DNA from: Bryobacterales bacterium
GTDB taxonomy: Bacteria > Acidobacteriota > Terriglobia > Bryobacterales > UBA6623
Direction of reading: 5' to 3'
Assembly (NCBI GenBank): GCA_963422375.2
Contig: OY729428.2
Coordinates: forward strand, 2,368,001 to 2,432,000
Length of the DNA: 64,000 bases
The notes under the pieces were generated by a model that made no database searches, was not told where the DNA came from, and saw only the letters and a list, made by a program, of their open reading frames with translations. Position numbers and translations under genes: made by a program. Below, one piece after another: positions 1 through 10,955 of this stretch; position 1 is the first letter of the stretch; each line of letters begins with the position of its first letter.

Positions 1-2
1 GC

Positions 3-932
3 ACCAAGACGGCATTCGAGGCCTACGTTCTGATCAAGGACCGGGAGTGGAGTTCGCGCTTGGAAAAGTACTCCTCCATGCTGCCGGAGCTGCAGGACGG
101 CCTGCCCGTTCCCGAGCGGTACAAGTCCGAAGAGCCGGGGGGCGATTCGGAGCTCAATGCGTACGACGTCATCTACTACGCCGGCGATTGCAATGCAGGC
201 GCCAAGACTATCGCCATCAATCTGCCGAACGACGAGCAGGTCCAGTTGGAGGTAGGCTCTCGCCGGCTTCAGCTCAAGAACGCGATGAAGGCCAAATTCG
301 ACAGCATCCTACTCCCGATCGCGGAGGTGGTGGTAGCGAAAGAGCAGCGTCCCCAGATCGATTTCGACGCGTTCTTCGCGAATACCATGTTCCACGAAGT
401 CGCCCACGGACTTGGCATCAAGAACACGGTCGAAGGGAACAGGACCGTGCGCGAGGCTCTGCGCGAAGCGGGCTCGGCCTTGGAGGAAGCGAAGGCCGAC
501 ATTCTCGGATTGCACCTCATCGGCCGCCTCGAGGACTCGGGCGACCTGCCCGAGGGCAGCTTGGGCCGCAGTTATGTCACCTACCTTGCCGGGATCTTCC
601 GCTCGATCCGATTCGGGTCTTCCAGCGCGCACGGTTCGGCCAACACCCTCAGCTTCAATTTCCTCCAGCGCAAGGGAGCGTTTTCCGCAGACGGCGATAC
701 TGGCAGGTATCGCGTGAACGTCCACAGCATGCGATCCGCTGTCGACGCCTTGTCAGGCGAGATTCTGCGCATCCAAGGTGATGGCGACTACGAGCGAGCA
801 ACGCAGTTCTTGCACGACCTAGGACAGGTGGAACCACCGTTGCAAGGAAGCCTCGACCTGATTGAGGCGGCGGACATTCCGGTCGACATCGTGTTCGAGC
901 AGGGTCGCGGGACAGCGTCCGGACAGGAATAG
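3..932 (+). CDS. Zn-dependent dipeptidyl-peptidase III / peptidase M49-like hydrolase (5' end outside window)
   Basis: Motifs KTIAINLPND, MFHEVAHGLG (HExxH) and LEEAKAD; the frame is open from the window start. Confidence 0.8.
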   Translation, partial: TKTAFEAYVLIKDREWSSRLEKYSSMLPELQDGLPVPERYKSEEPGGDSELNAYDVIYYAGDCNAGAKTIAINLPNDEQVQLEVGSRRLQLKNAMKAKFDSILLPIAEVVVAKEQRPQIDFDAFFANTMFHEVAHGLGIKNTVEGNRTVREALREAGSALEEAKADILGLHLIGRLEDSGDLPEGSLGRSYVTYLAGIFRSIRFGSSSAHGSANTLSFNFLQRKGAFSADGDTGRYRVNVHSMRSAVDALSGEILRIQGDGDYERATQFLHDLGQVEPPLQGSLDLIEAADIPVDIVFEQGRGTASGQE

Positions 933-944
933 CCGACGGCATCG

Positions 945-968
945 GCCCGCCCGTTCCAGGGCGGGCGG
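945..968 (+). terminator. GC-rich hairpin just after the peptidase stop (possible terminator, no U-tract)
   Basis: CCCGCCC-gttcca-GGGCGGG inverted repeat about 14 nt after the stop codon. Confidence 0.3.
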
Positions 969-1940
969 TCATCTCGGAGTAGCCTGAAGCGCTCGCGAAG
1001 CACCTGCATCGCTTGGACGCACGCTTGTCCGCCGACCGTGACCGGGAAGCAGCTTCGATTCCCGGCTTGGTCGGTGACCGCGGCGCCAATTCATAGGCGC
1101 TAGGTCATTCGGGCCTAGACTGAATTGGACGCGGGCTAGTGCGATCGCTTGCGAGGCGAACCTGCGAGACGTTCGGATGTCTCGTCCCAGTCGGTCGGCG
1201 CCTGCGAGAACGGGTGCGGCGGCTCCAAGGACTGGGCGGCCTGACCCAGCACGAGATTGAAGTCACGCCATGCGCCGGAATGGCGGCGGCGCCTCAAGCC
1301 CGTAGCCGGAGGGGGAAGCAGAGCGGGCGGGGCGGATCCGCTTCTCTACAAGCAACATCACGGGCAACTTGCCGTCCCAGCAGGGTCTTGGCAAAGGCAT
1401 CGTCGCACCTGGGCAAGTGCGCGAGCCGCAGCAAGGACTTGAAGCGCTTGAGACTTACCTCCGGCTGCTGGCCTGCCGGGTACGACTCGATGACCTCCAC
1501 GGCGGGAAGCGCTCGTCGGGGACCGTTAGGAATACGGTCGGACACTTGGCGAAGTCCAAGGACTGCGGCCGCAGCTGTCTGCCCTTCCCGGACGCCTGCC
1601 AACGAATGCTCCCCTGCGCGATCCGAATCGATTCCCACATCCTTCCCCGGGTCTCTCGCGCGCCCCGGCACCCTCCCGCCGAGCCCGTCAACAGCTTGCA
1701 CCTCCCTGGCGCCGACCGCACCGGAGGGTCGGCGCGGCCCGACGGCTGCCAGCGAGCCGAAGGCCTGGCCCTGCCGCCCGTACCGGGGCAGTGCCTGCGT
1801 GTTCGGGCCCAGCGCGGCCCGCTCGCGGCGCCGCCCTGCCGAGAGACCCTCGCGTGCCCGAGCCACACCCGCAGTAGCATGCAAGAAGGTCGCGCTGTCT
1901 ACGGTGCGCCCCCCTGCCCCAGCGGCTGGCAGCCGCCCAT

Positions 1941-3698
1941 ATGCCCCCGGCCAGGTCCCATCGCATCGGCGCGCTTCCATCCGCGATCCTCGACCGGCCT
2001 CGCTATACGCTGCTGCTCTTCTTCGGACTCACCCTGCTCGCTACGTTTCCTCTGGCGTTGTCATGGCGGACTTCCCTGCCCGCGGGCAGCGGCGACCTGT
2101 GGCAGAACTACTGGAACTTCTGGTGGTGGAAGAAGTGCCTGCTCGAAGGCCTCAACCCGTTGCATGCCCCGGTGCTGTTCCACCCAGGCGGGACGGACTT
2201 GGTATTTCACACGCATTCGCCCTTCAATCAGATCCTCGCGATGCCGGTCAACCTGCTCTTCGGGGAAGCGGCCGCGTACAACTTCTGCCTAGTACTCGCC
2301 CTGACCCTGAGCGGGTTCGGGACGTACCTTCTGGTTCGCGCCCTGACGGGGAGCGCCGCCGCGGGCTTCATCGCAGGCACGGTGTTCGCGTACTTCCCGC
2401 AGACCGTCGAGCAGACCCTGGAGCACCTGAATCTCTTCTCCGTCCAGTTCATTCCGCTTTCGTTATTCTTCCTGCTGAAGTGGAGCCGGTCCGCCCGCAC
2501 CTGCGACGCACTGGCCTTCGGTGCCTGCTTCGGCCTGAATGCCCTGTGTAGCTGGCACCTCGGGCTGAAGCTCGCGCTCGTGGCAGTTCCGTGGGCCATC
2601 TGGACCGCTTGGAGAGCCGGCCCACAGCGCCCGCGGGCGCTACGAGACCTAGCCGCGGCGGCAGCTCTGGCAACGCTGCTCGCGCTGCCATTTCTGGCTC
2701 CGATGCTGGCCCTGATCGGCAGCGGAAGCGAATACTACCTGAAGGGGGCCGTGAACCGGGGAATCGACGCAAGCTACCTATTCACGCCGACCTATGCCAA
2801 CCCCGTGGGCGGACCTCTCGTCCATGGGCGATTCATGAGCCGCGCCTACCAAGCTTCTGGCTTTGTCTGCTACCTGGGATTCCTGCCGACCGTGCTGGCT
2901 TGGCTCGCACTGAGGCGCCGTACCCGTGAGGCGCTTGCGTGGGGTTTGGTTTTCGCCGCTGGGCTGGTCTTGTCTCTCGGAGCCAAGCTCTGGTGGGATG
3001 GCTCCCTGTACAATCCCTTCCCTCTGCCCTTCTCCGCTCTTGGATGGCTCCCGTTCCTCGAGAACCTGCGGGTGGCGAACCGATTCCTGCTACTGGCGGG
3101 CCTCGCCCTGGCCGTCCTCGCCGGTTACGGCTGGACGGCTCTCCGACACCGGCCAGCGTGGGCGCTGCCCCTGGCAGCGGCCGTGATCCTCGTGGAATAC
3201 AGCTGGATGCCCTTCCCTACGCAGCAGGTCGACACCTCGCCGCTGCTGGCCGGGGTCGCGTCTCGTCCGGGCGCGGTGCTGGACATCCCGTTTCACCAGA
3301 GGAGTCGAACGGTTCACAACATGGTCGCCCAAACCGTCCACGGACGGCCGATCTCGGGAGGGTACCTGTCCAGCTACCCTCCCGAGATCGAGGAGCGCAT
3401 CCGAGGCGAGCCCGCCTTGGCGCAGCTGGCGGGGAATCCCGAAGCGGCCCCCGCTCTGGACATCGCTAGCCTGCGACAGCTCGGATTCCGAACGGTCATC
3501 ATCCACAAGTACCGGATGCAGAGCTACCGCGAGAGCCTGCAGGCCGCAGCCGGCGAAGTCGACCTGCTGGAGCGCAAGCGCATGCTGCGTCTGGGCGGGG
3601 TTCCGGACGACGTCGTCCTCTCGATTAGGCGGCAGCTGGACCAAGAGGTCGGGGCAGCCGCGCTCGAGGACGACCGGTTGGCAATCTATTTCCTCTAG
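1941..3698 (+). CDS. Multi-pass membrane protein, GT-C fold glycosyltransferase-like (YfhO/PMT-like)
   Basis: Many hydrophobic segments; N-terminal loop GDLWQNYWNFWWW...FHP; late RxxNRF motif; C-terminal extracytoplasmic domain with ISGGYLS. Confidence 0.65.
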   Translation: MPPARSHRIGALPSAILDRPRYTLLLFFGLTLLATFPLALSWRTSLPAGSGDLWQNYWNFWWWKKCLLEGLNPLHAPVLFHPGGTDLVFHTHSPFNQILAMPVNLLFGEAAAYNFCLVLALTLSGFGTYLLVRALTGSAAAGFIAGTVFAYFPQTVEQTLEHLNLFSVQFIPLSLFFLLKWSRSARTCDALAFGACFGLNALCSWHLGLKLALVAVPWAIWTAWRAGPQRPRALRDLAAAAALATLLALPFLAPMLALIGSGSEYYLKGAVNRGIDASYLFTPTYANPVGGPLVHGRFMSRAYQASGFVCYLGFLPTVLAWLALRRRTREALAWGLVFAAGLVLSLGAKLWWDGSLYNPFPLPFSALGWLPFLENLRVANRFLLLAGLALAVLAGYGWTALRHRPAWALPLAAAVILVEYSWMPFPTQQVDTSPLLAGVASRPGAVLDIPFHQRSRTVHNMVAQTVHGRPISGGYLSSYPPEIEERIRGEPALAQLAGNPEAAPALDIASLRQLGFRTVIIHKYRMQSYRESLQAAAGEVDLLERKRMLRLGGVPDDVVLSIRRQLDQEVGAAALEDDRLAIYFL

Positions 3699-3788
3699 GG
3701 AGGGGTCCCAAAGGCGTGCTTGATTCGACGCCCGCTGAATGAATCCGTCCGACCAAGCCGCCAACCCTCGCGCCCGAGGTCGCTGCGG

Positions 3789-5678
3789 CTAGTCTCGCAG
3801 GTAGACGATGGCCTCGATCCAATGCCTGAGGTCGTGCTGGCCGAAGGAGACATCGCCGGTCACGACGCTGAGGCCAGATGCGCCGGGCTCGGGTACGATG
3901 CGGAATCGCGCCCGGCCTTCCTGACGCGCCTCGACACGCAAGTCGGCGAATGCCGGCTTCGCCTCCCAGCGATCAGGGAGCCGAGGCCGGATCCGGAAAG
4001 TCTCGTCTTCCGGCAGGTGATTCAGCACGACTGCGTAGAGGTCCAGCTCGCTTCCCTGCCCCGCCTCGAGACTGTACGGGTAGAATCTCGACCACTGCTC
4101 GTCGACGCCGAAATTGGGATCTTCCCACGGCACCAATTCCGAGACCACGCGCTTCTTCTCTTCCAGCGTCTGGCGCATCGTCTCGATCTGCCGCGCGTCG
4201 TAGCGGAATACCTCTTCGATGTGCTGGTTGACGAGCCAGAAGTCCCCTTGGATGCGCTCGATGATGTCGAGGCAGCGGAAATGCCCTGTTGCGGGATGGA
4301 GGAGGTGGCGGTTGAGCAGGCAATAGTCGTCGAGGCCCGACGGGCTGAAGGAATCCCCGATGAAGAAGTATCGATCGCCGTCGTCGCGCCGAACGTCAAG
4401 CCCGCCGTGATAGATCGCCTGCCCGGGGAAATAGGTGTAGCGCAACTCGAACTCGTGCCAGCGGAGCGTCTCGCCCTCCTCTAGCGCCCGCACGGGACGG
4501 ATCGGGTGGTAGGTCATGGCCGGCATGCGGTAGGCATCCGGGTTCTCGAGGATGTCCTGGAGTTCCTTGCCGGCGTAGACAGGGGCTCGCTCCTCCTCCG
4601 CCATCGACTGGACGAATTCGGTGTGGTCGTCGTGGAAGTGCGTGACGAAGATGCCCTCGAGCCTGTTGAAGACCCCGCGGCGCTTAAGCCTCCGGACCTG
4701 CCTCATGGCATCCTCGCTGCCGCAATCGATCAGGAACGCCGCCTTGTTGTCGGACACGAGCAGGCGCGAGGTGCCGAACTTGTGCCACCATCTCGGAGGA
4801 GTCTGGCGGAGCTTGACTGCCATCGGCATCCACTCGACAGGTGTGTCGCCGAGAATGCGGCGGGCCCGCTTCCGCAGGTTGTCCTCACCCCAGTACCAGC
4901 GCAACGCATCGGTTCGGAAGTATGCGACGAACAGGCGGCGGAGCCTGTCCAGCAGCAGGTCGATGTCCGTCGCCGGATCGGTGATGACCGGACCACGTGC
5001 CGGCACGACGAGGTCCGGTCTCTCGGCTGCAACGGCGTTGAGGCTGCGGATCAGATCCGCGGCTCTGGCGGCATATCCGTGGTATCCGCGCGTCTCGGTT
5101 TCCTCGATCGAGTCTTGGAGGCTGTAGAGGTCGAAGACCCGGCCGCCCGGGTAGATCAGATCTCCGGTGAAGGCCACGCGAGTCCCGTCCAGTTCCACGA
5201 GGTAGGAGACCGCCCCACGCGTGAATCCCGGCGTGTCGAGCACCTTGATCGAGACTCCTCGCCAGTCGAAGGTCCTGCCGCCGACCGCTGACTCCTGCAC
5301 AGCCAAATTCTCGGTGAGTATCTTGGTTGACTGCTGCGCGTAGTCGTGAAATCGGACCGCCCGGAACTCGTCCCAAAAGGCGGCCGCGTTGCTGATGAGC
5401 GGCAGTTCGGCGGCAGGCGCTACGACTCGGGCCCCCTTCGCCGCCAAGCCCAGCGCCGCCCAGGCGACATCCCTCCGGTGGTGGGTCAGAAAGACTTTCT
5501 CGATGTTCGCCGGCTCACCCGAGGGATCGCCGTAGATCGCGACTCGGTAGCCGTCCCGTTCGATGACGGCACCGTTCACCGGGCCCTCCACGATCTCCAG
5601 GTCGGCGGGCAAGCCTCCGATCCGATGCGAGCAAGTCGCCGTCACCGCAAGGAGGGCCGCAAGCACGGAGGCGGGCAC
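3789..5678 (-). CDS. Secreted tandem MBL-fold metallo-hydrolase (start approximate)
   Basis: Two MBL-like motifs (FLTHHRRD degenerate, FVTHFHDDH canonical) plus FTGDL and FIGDS; hydrophobic signal SVLAALLAVTATC. Confidence 0.75.
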   Translation of the reverse strand: MPASVLAALLAVTATCSHRIGGLPADLEIVEGPVNGAVIERDGYRVAIYGDPSGEPANIEKVFLTHHRRDVAWAALGLAAKGARVVAPAAELPLISNAAAFWDEFRAVRFHDYAQQSTKILTENLAVQESAVGGRTFDWRGVSIKVLDTPGFTRGAVSYLVELDGTRVAFTGDLIYPGGRVFDLYSLQDSIEETETRGYHGYAARAADLIRSLNAVAAERPDLVVPARGPVITDPATDIDLLLDRLRRLFVAYFRTDALRWYWGEDNLRKRARRILGDTPVEWMPMAVKLRQTPPRWWHKFGTSRLLVSDNKAAFLIDCGSEDAMRQVRRLKRRGVFNRLEGIFVTHFHDDHTEFVQSMAEEERAPVYAGKELQDILENPDAYRMPAMTYHPIRPVRALEEGETLRWHEFELRYTYFPGQAIYHGGLDVRRDDGDRYFFIGDSFSPSGLDDYCLLNRHLLHPATGHFRCLDIIERIQGDFWLVNQHIEEVFRYDARQIETMRQTLEEKKRVVSELVPWEDPNFGVDEQWSRFYPYSLEAGQGSELDLYAVVLNHLPEDETFRIRPRLPDRWEAKPAFADLRVEARQEGRARFRIVPEPGASGLSVVTGDVSFGQHDLRHWIEAIVYLRD

Positions 5679-6229
5679 AGAGACCGCCGCTGCCGACGCC
5701 TCGCCCAGTGCGCCGCGCCGTTGATTGAGCGGCGCGAGGGATTCCTTGGAGCCGGTCAGCATCGGGACGATCCTACCAATCCAGGCACCGCGCAACGTCG
5801 AGCGTCGCAGGCGCTCCGGAGCTCCGCCCGCACCGTACGTGACGTCGCGCGAGCGGACGCACCGTCCAGTGATCGCACTTGGCAGTTTTGCGCTTGGCCG
5901 CGCCCCCGGCGAGGCCTCCGATATCCCGGCGCGGCCCGGTTCGCTCTTGCGCGACATCGATTCGCAGTCGCGGCGGATCTCGCGAGCGAAGGGGATGGCC
6001 ACCCGCGATTGGTCACCTCTGCCGGTCTGACGGCGATGGACCGCCCCCAGTGCCCCTCGCTTCGGTAGCGCTGGATCGCGGTAGGCCCGTCCTGATCCGG
6101 CTGCTCAGGAAGTGCGAAGCTCGCCTTGCCCCCTTGCTGGAACTGGCGCTGTCGCAACGGCCGCGCCGCGCTCGCACCGCCGGCGCCACAGCCACCGGGC
6201 TACGATGAATCGGGGGATACGCAGCACCG

Positions 6230-6919
6230 ATGCCACCGGCACCGCCCGAATCAAGACCGGCGGACGGACTGACTCGCGGAGTCGATGGCGAGCAGCGCTG
6301 CTTCTGGGCCGGCACGCATCCGGACTACATCGCCTACCACGACGAGGAATGGGGAGCGCCAGTGGCCGACGACCGGCTGCTCTTCGAGAAGGTTTGCCTG
6401 GAGGGCTTCCAGTCCGGCCTGTCATGGCTGACGATTCTGCGCAAGCGACCTAGCTTCCGCGAGGCCTTCGAGGGCTTCGAGTTCGAGCGGGTCGCTGCGT
6501 TCAGCCAGCGCCACGTGGAGCGGTTGCTCCTCAATCCCGGCATCGTCCGGCACCGAGGCAAGATCGAGGCGGTGATCAACAACGCCCGCAAAGCCTGCGA
6601 AATGGCGTCGGAGTTCGGCTCGCTTGCCGCCTTCTTCTGGCAGTGGGAGCCCGGCGCGGAGACGCGCCCCGATCCGCTGGATCATGCCGCGCTGCTGTCG
6701 CTCATGAAGTCGGCCGAGTCGGCAGCGATGTCCAAGGAATTGAAAAAGCGAGGCTGGCGTTTCGTCGGCCCGACGACCCTGTACGCCTTCATGCAAGCCA
6801 TGGGGCTGGTCAACGACCACATCGAGGGCTGCCGTTCACGAGCGGGAATCGAGGCCCTGCGTCAAGAATTCGCAAGACCCGCGGCTCCGCTCGGAAGAGC
6901 CCTCCGGCCGGTCGGCTGA
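6230..6919 (+). CDS. tag: DNA-3-methyladenine glycosylase I
   Basis: RCFW...YHDEEWG, LEGFQSGLSWLTIL, GIVRHRGKI, FVGPTTLYAFMQAMGLVNDH. Confidence 0.93.
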   Translation: MPPAPPESRPADGLTRGVDGEQRCFWAGTHPDYIAYHDEEWGAPVADDRLLFEKVCLEGFQSGLSWLTILRKRPSFREAFEGFEFERVAAFSQRHVERLLLNPGIVRHRGKIEAVINNARKACEMASEFGSLAAFFWQWEPGAETRPDPLDHAALLSLMKSAESAAMSKELKKRGWRFVGPTTLYAFMQAMGLVNDHIEGCRSRAGIEALRQEFARPAAPLGRALRPVG

Positions 6920-6922
6920 GAA

Positions 6923-7711
6923 CTATTGCCCGGTGAAGTGCGGCCTGCGCTTCTCCACGAAAGCGAGGATCCCCTCCTGGCCGTCGTCTCTCCGCACGGC
7001 CTCGGCGATAGCGCGGGTCTCGAGTTCCATCTGCGTCTCGAGCGATTCCGTCGTGCCTCGGTGCAACAAGTCCTTGGTAGCCCCGAGCGCCATTGTCGCC
7101 CCTGCCGCTAAGTTGCGCGCAAGGTCCTCGGCGTCATCCAGCAGGCTCTCGTCCTTGCTGACGCGCGAGATCAAGCCCCAGTCGAGCGCCTCGCGGGCCG
7201 TCACCACACGATTCGTGAGGGCCATGTCCATAGCACGGCGTAGGCCCACGTACCGGGCCAAAAAATACGTCGAGGAGCCGTCGGGCGTGAGCCCGGCCCT
7301 CGTGTAGGCCATCGTGAACTTAGCGGACTCGGCGGCCACCACTAGGTCGCAGGCGATCGCCAAGCTAAAGCCGCCACCGGCCGCGAACCCGTGTACCGCG
7401 CACATCGTAGGTGCCGCCTGGCGAGCGAACCGAGAAATGGCGGCATGCAAGTAGGTCGTGGTCAGCTTGAGGTAGGCCGGCAAGTCGCCTTTCTTCCTCA
7501 CGAACGCCTTTAGGTCGCCGCCTCCGCTGAACATCGGGCCTTCGCCTCGGATCAAGATCGCCCTGACGCTCGGATCCTCGTCGCACTGGATCGACGCGGC
7601 CATTAGCTCCTTCGCCACATCCGCGTTGATCGAATTCGCTCGTTCAGGGCGATTCAGGACGATGCGCGCCACACCGTCGCGGACGTTGAACCGAATCGAC
7701 TGGTAGTCCAC
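6923..7711 (-). CDS. Enoyl-CoA hydratase/isomerase family protein
   Basis: LNRPERANSI, FSGGGDL, VHGFAAGGGFSLAIACD, EGILAFVEKRRPHF. Confidence 0.92.
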   Translation of the reverse strand: MDYQSIRFNVRDGVARIVLNRPERANSINADVAKELMAASIQCDEDPSVRAILIRGEGPMFSGGGDLKAFVRKKGDLPAYLKLTTTYLHAAISRFARQAAPTMCAVHGFAAGGGFSLAIACDLVVAAESAKFTMAYTRAGLTPDGSSTYFLARYVGLRRAMDMALTNRVVTAREALDWGLISRVSKDESLLDDAEDLARNLAAGATMALGATKDLLHRGTTESLETQMELETRAIAEAVRRDDGQEGILAFVEKRRPHFTGQ

Positions 7712-8146
7712 CGCCCGAGTTTAGCCGAATCGCGCAAGACGGCTCCGCCTTCCGGGAGGCGTTCTCCATGGCACATAGGCAGCGACGCAGGAGGCGAGGT
7801 TGGAGCGGACGGCCCGCGCGGTCAACGAGTCATTGGAAGGTCGGCTATCTCAATCTACTTGGCCCGCCCCGCGGACCCGCACGCGATCGTCCGGACTGTA
7901 CCCCGCACACCGAGGGCGGCAGGTTTGCTTCGGCACGAATCGGCCCCGACCTGCTAGGACCGCTACGCAGGCCGTGCCAGACCGCAAGGGCCACCCGAGC
8001 GATGGCGCTGCTGGCATCCGGCACCTCAGGCAGCCAGCGGGGCTACTCTGCCAGGTGTTCCTCCGTGGGTTGGTTCGGCCGGTATACCCTCGGGCCCAGC
8101 TTGCCCGACACGTCGGCCGGTGCGGCCTGCAAGACCGGGAGGCCGT

Positions 8147-9562
8147 TCACCGAGCGATGGCGGCCTTCTCAACCTGTACCAAAGTCGCATCGATTCGCTC
8201 GATCAGCTCGGTCTGGCCGTAGCGCTGGGCCTCCTGCCGCGCTCGCCGGAACCGTTGAGTCGCTGCGTCCCTGTCTCCGCTCGCCAGTTCGGCGGCAGCC
8301 AGGGAGAAGAGGTATGTCGGCCTCCGGTCGGATTCCTCCTTGATGGCCTCGCTGAAGGAGCGCACCGCATCGTCGGCGCTTCGGCGCCGCATCGCCAGCA
8401 TGCCGAGCTTGTAGTGCGACAGGCCGTGGGCCGGTCTGCTCGCCAGCGCCCTGCGATAGAGGTCGGCAGCCTCGCCGAAGCGACCGGCCTCTTCACGCAT
8501 CTGCCCCAGATTGTGATTCGCCAACGCGTGGTCGGGGTTCACGGAAAGAGCCTTGCCGAAGGCAGCCTCGGCTTCCTCTCTCCGACCCTCCCGGTAAGCG
8601 ACCACGCCGAAGTTGTAGTGTAGTTCCGCGCTCTCGGACCCGGAGGCGAGGCCGAGGCGATACTGCTCCCTCGCCTCTTCGTGGCGGCCCGCGTTGCCGA
8701 GCAGGATGAGCAGGTTGGTTCGAGCCCGCAGCAGTTCCGGATCCTCGTCCAGCGCGCGCAAGTGCAACTGAACCGCCTGCTCGAACCGGCCCGTTTGCTG
8801 CGCCTCGACACCTCGCTGCAGATAGTCGGCGGCGCTCGCGCGCAGCGCGCGGACGGCCCTCATCAGTGGGTCGAGGCCGGGCGGCTCGCCGCCGTTGTGC
8901 CTCTCGAAGAGCGCCATGTGGCCTGTCGACGCGCCGTCCAAGCCTTGGTCGCGGTACACCAGCGCTAGCGCGTAGTGTGCCGCGCCATACTCTGGGGCCA
9001 GTTCCACTGCCCGCTCCAGATTCCGGCGGGCTCCCTCGAGCTCTCCGGCCGCGGCGGCGATGCGCCCCAAACCCAGCAGCGAGCGCGGGTCGTCCGGGGA
9101 CGCGCTCAACGCGTCGCGAAACAGCTCAGCTGACTCGTCGAGGTTCCCGGACTCGAAGAGCGCTTCGGCGAGCCTCCGGCGAGTCTGAGCGTGTTCCGGG
9201 TCGATCTGCAGGCACCGGCGAAACGAGCGCTCCGCGTCGGCATGCCTGCCAAAAGCGGCGAGCGAGACGCCGAGGTAGTAGTCCCAGCGGAACGAGCGCG
9301 GGTCCAAGCCGCGAGCCCGCTCCAGAAACCGCGCGGCCAGCTCATGCTGCGAGTAGGCCAGCAGCAGCATGCCGGCCCGGCCGGTCAGCTCGGGGTTCTC
9401 CGGAGCGCCAAGAGCCGCCGACAGCGCTGGCTCGAACCGCTCTGCGAGGCTTGGGCCGAGAGCCGTGACATCCACGCCCGGCACGGGCCCGACATCGGGG
9501 CCTGAAACCGAGCAAGCCCAGAGAATGCAGCCGACAGCGACTGCCTGGATGCTCCGGCGCAT
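8147..9562 (-). CDS. Exported tetratricopeptide-repeat protein (possible lipoprotein)
   Basis: Signal peptide ending ILWAC; repeated TPR consensus (HYNFGVV, HNLGQM, HYKLG). Confidence 0.85.
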   Translation of the reverse strand: MRRSIQAVAVGCILWACSVSGPDVGPVPGVDVTALGPSLAERFEPALSAALGAPENPELTGRAGMLLLAYSQHELAARFLERARGLDPRSFRWDYYLGVSLAAFGRHADAERSFRRCLQIDPEHAQTRRRLAEALFESGNLDESAELFRDALSASPDDPRSLLGLGRIAAAAGELEGARRNLERAVELAPEYGAAHYALALVYRDQGLDGASTGHMALFERHNGGEPPGLDPLMRAVRALRASAADYLQRGVEAQQTGRFEQAVQLHLRALDEDPELLRARTNLLILLGNAGRHEEAREQYRLGLASGSESAELHYNFGVVAYREGRREEAEAAFGKALSVNPDHALANHNLGQMREEAGRFGEAADLYRRALASRPAHGLSHYKLGMLAMRRRSADDAVRSFSEAIKEESDRRPTYLFSLAAAELASGDRDAATQRFRRARQEAQRYGQTELIERIDATLVQVEKAAIAR

Positions 9563-10217
9563 GTTGCCATTCTAGCCCGGACCCTCCAGAGGGGTGATCC
9601 AGCGGCGAGAGCTGCGGGCTACTCATTCTCAAGAATCCACGAAATGTGAAGAGTATATATTTGAGGAAATATTAGCACAAGACTAATTTGAAATCACACA
9701 CAATTCGAAGATCACTCTCGCCATACTAATCAACTGGTAGACTTTCACGGTGCGCAATTTGATAATCCTGTTGACAAGATATCAATTTCTCTATTGGCAA
9801 TTTTCAAAAGAGTTTGACTCATGGAATGGCACTCGATATCCCGCAATATTCAATCGCTTTGTCTGCGGATTCATCCGAAAATAACCGAGAGAATTTCAAA
9901 CACCAAGGCGACTGGTACAGGTGCTTGAGAGCGTTGGAAAATCGGGAAAATTCCCATCGATACAGCTGCATCCGTCTTCTTGCTCAATCTGAGTTTTAGA
10001 GGCGACTAGATCATTGGACTGTAACCCATTTAACCTGACGTGGATGGTGATACTTGGTTTCGATTGATTCAGCCTAGCGAGCGACTCAGGAACTCGCTAG
10101 CACGATTGTACGGGATTGCCGTTTCCGATCAGCTTGGTACCATAGAGATTCACTCTAGGCAGTCACAGGAAGGGGCATAGGGCTGTCAGCCGGTCGTTTT
10201 CGCCAACCGAGTTGTGC

Positions 10218-10955
10218 CTACCACACTGTCCGCACAGAGTACTCCTGAATCCTCTTGTCCGGTGTCACGATTGACATCTCTCGCCTGATCGCCTGGGCGA
10301 TCAGAATTCGGTCAAACGGATCCTTGTGATGGTTGGGCAGGTCGCTCACGCCCAGCGCGTCAGACTCGTCGATGGGGACGGAAGCAATGCGATGACGCTG
10401 TCGCTGCCCCTCGACGAATTGCCGGGGAGGGCACTGAAGTTCCAAACGCCCGATGCTGTGCTTGATCGCGATCTCCCAACCCGAAGCAGCACTCAAGTAA
10501 AGTTCGTTCGACGAATCCTCGATCAGATTCCTAGCAAGCCGCCCCAACCGGTCCACGTCCTGGGCGATCCAGATGAATACCACGGTGTCAAGCAACAACT
10601 TGACGGGCCCCTCGTATGCCGGTTCCAAGACCGAATCTCCACCGTCGGTGACGGAACGCGCACGATGTTCGATGGTCCGATACCCGGCCGGTCCGTCCGG
10701 GAGATCGTCCCCTCGTCCCTCGAATAGATCAAGGAGGTCGTCCGGAAGAGGATCGAAGAAGGAGTCCTTCAACTTGACCAGTCCCTGGCCCTGCCCGAGC
10801 TTGCGTCGTTCGGGGTCGCGGTCAGAATAGGGCCGAATCTCGGCCAGCGGTTCGTTACGACGACAGACCACGATCCGGTCGCCTGCCCGGAGGCCGACGA
10901 TGTGCTTGGAGAAATTCGTCTCCGCCTCCTGAATAGTAATCCGCTGCGAGGGCAC
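10218..10955 (-). CDS. In-frame fusion of a Phd/YefM-type antitoxin and a PIN-domain (VapC) toxin
   Basis: N-terminus ITIQEAETNFSK...IVVCRRNEPLAEI...FFDPLPDDLL is Phd-like; C-terminus KLLLDT...SAASGWEIAIK...HKDPFDRILIAQA...IVTPD is VapC; no stop codon between them. Confidence 0.8.
   Translation of the reverse strand: MPSQRITIQEAETNFSKHIVGLRAGDRIVVCRRNEPLAEIRPYSDRDPERRKLGQGQGLVKLKDSFFDPLPDDLLDLFEGRGDDLPDGPAGYRTIEHRARSVTDGGDSVLEPAYEGPVKLLLDTVVFIWIAQDVDRLGRLARNLIEDSSNELYLSAASGWEIAIKHSIGRLELQCPPRQFVEGQRQRHRIASVPIDESDALGVSDLPNHHKDPFDRILIAQAIRREMSIVTPDKRIQEYSVRTVW

Noticed and set aside
1139..1900. Possible decayed HTH gene (RLRERVRRLQGLGGLTQHEI) and overlapping ORFs
   Set aside because: The resemblance is too short and no frame gives a coherent protein.
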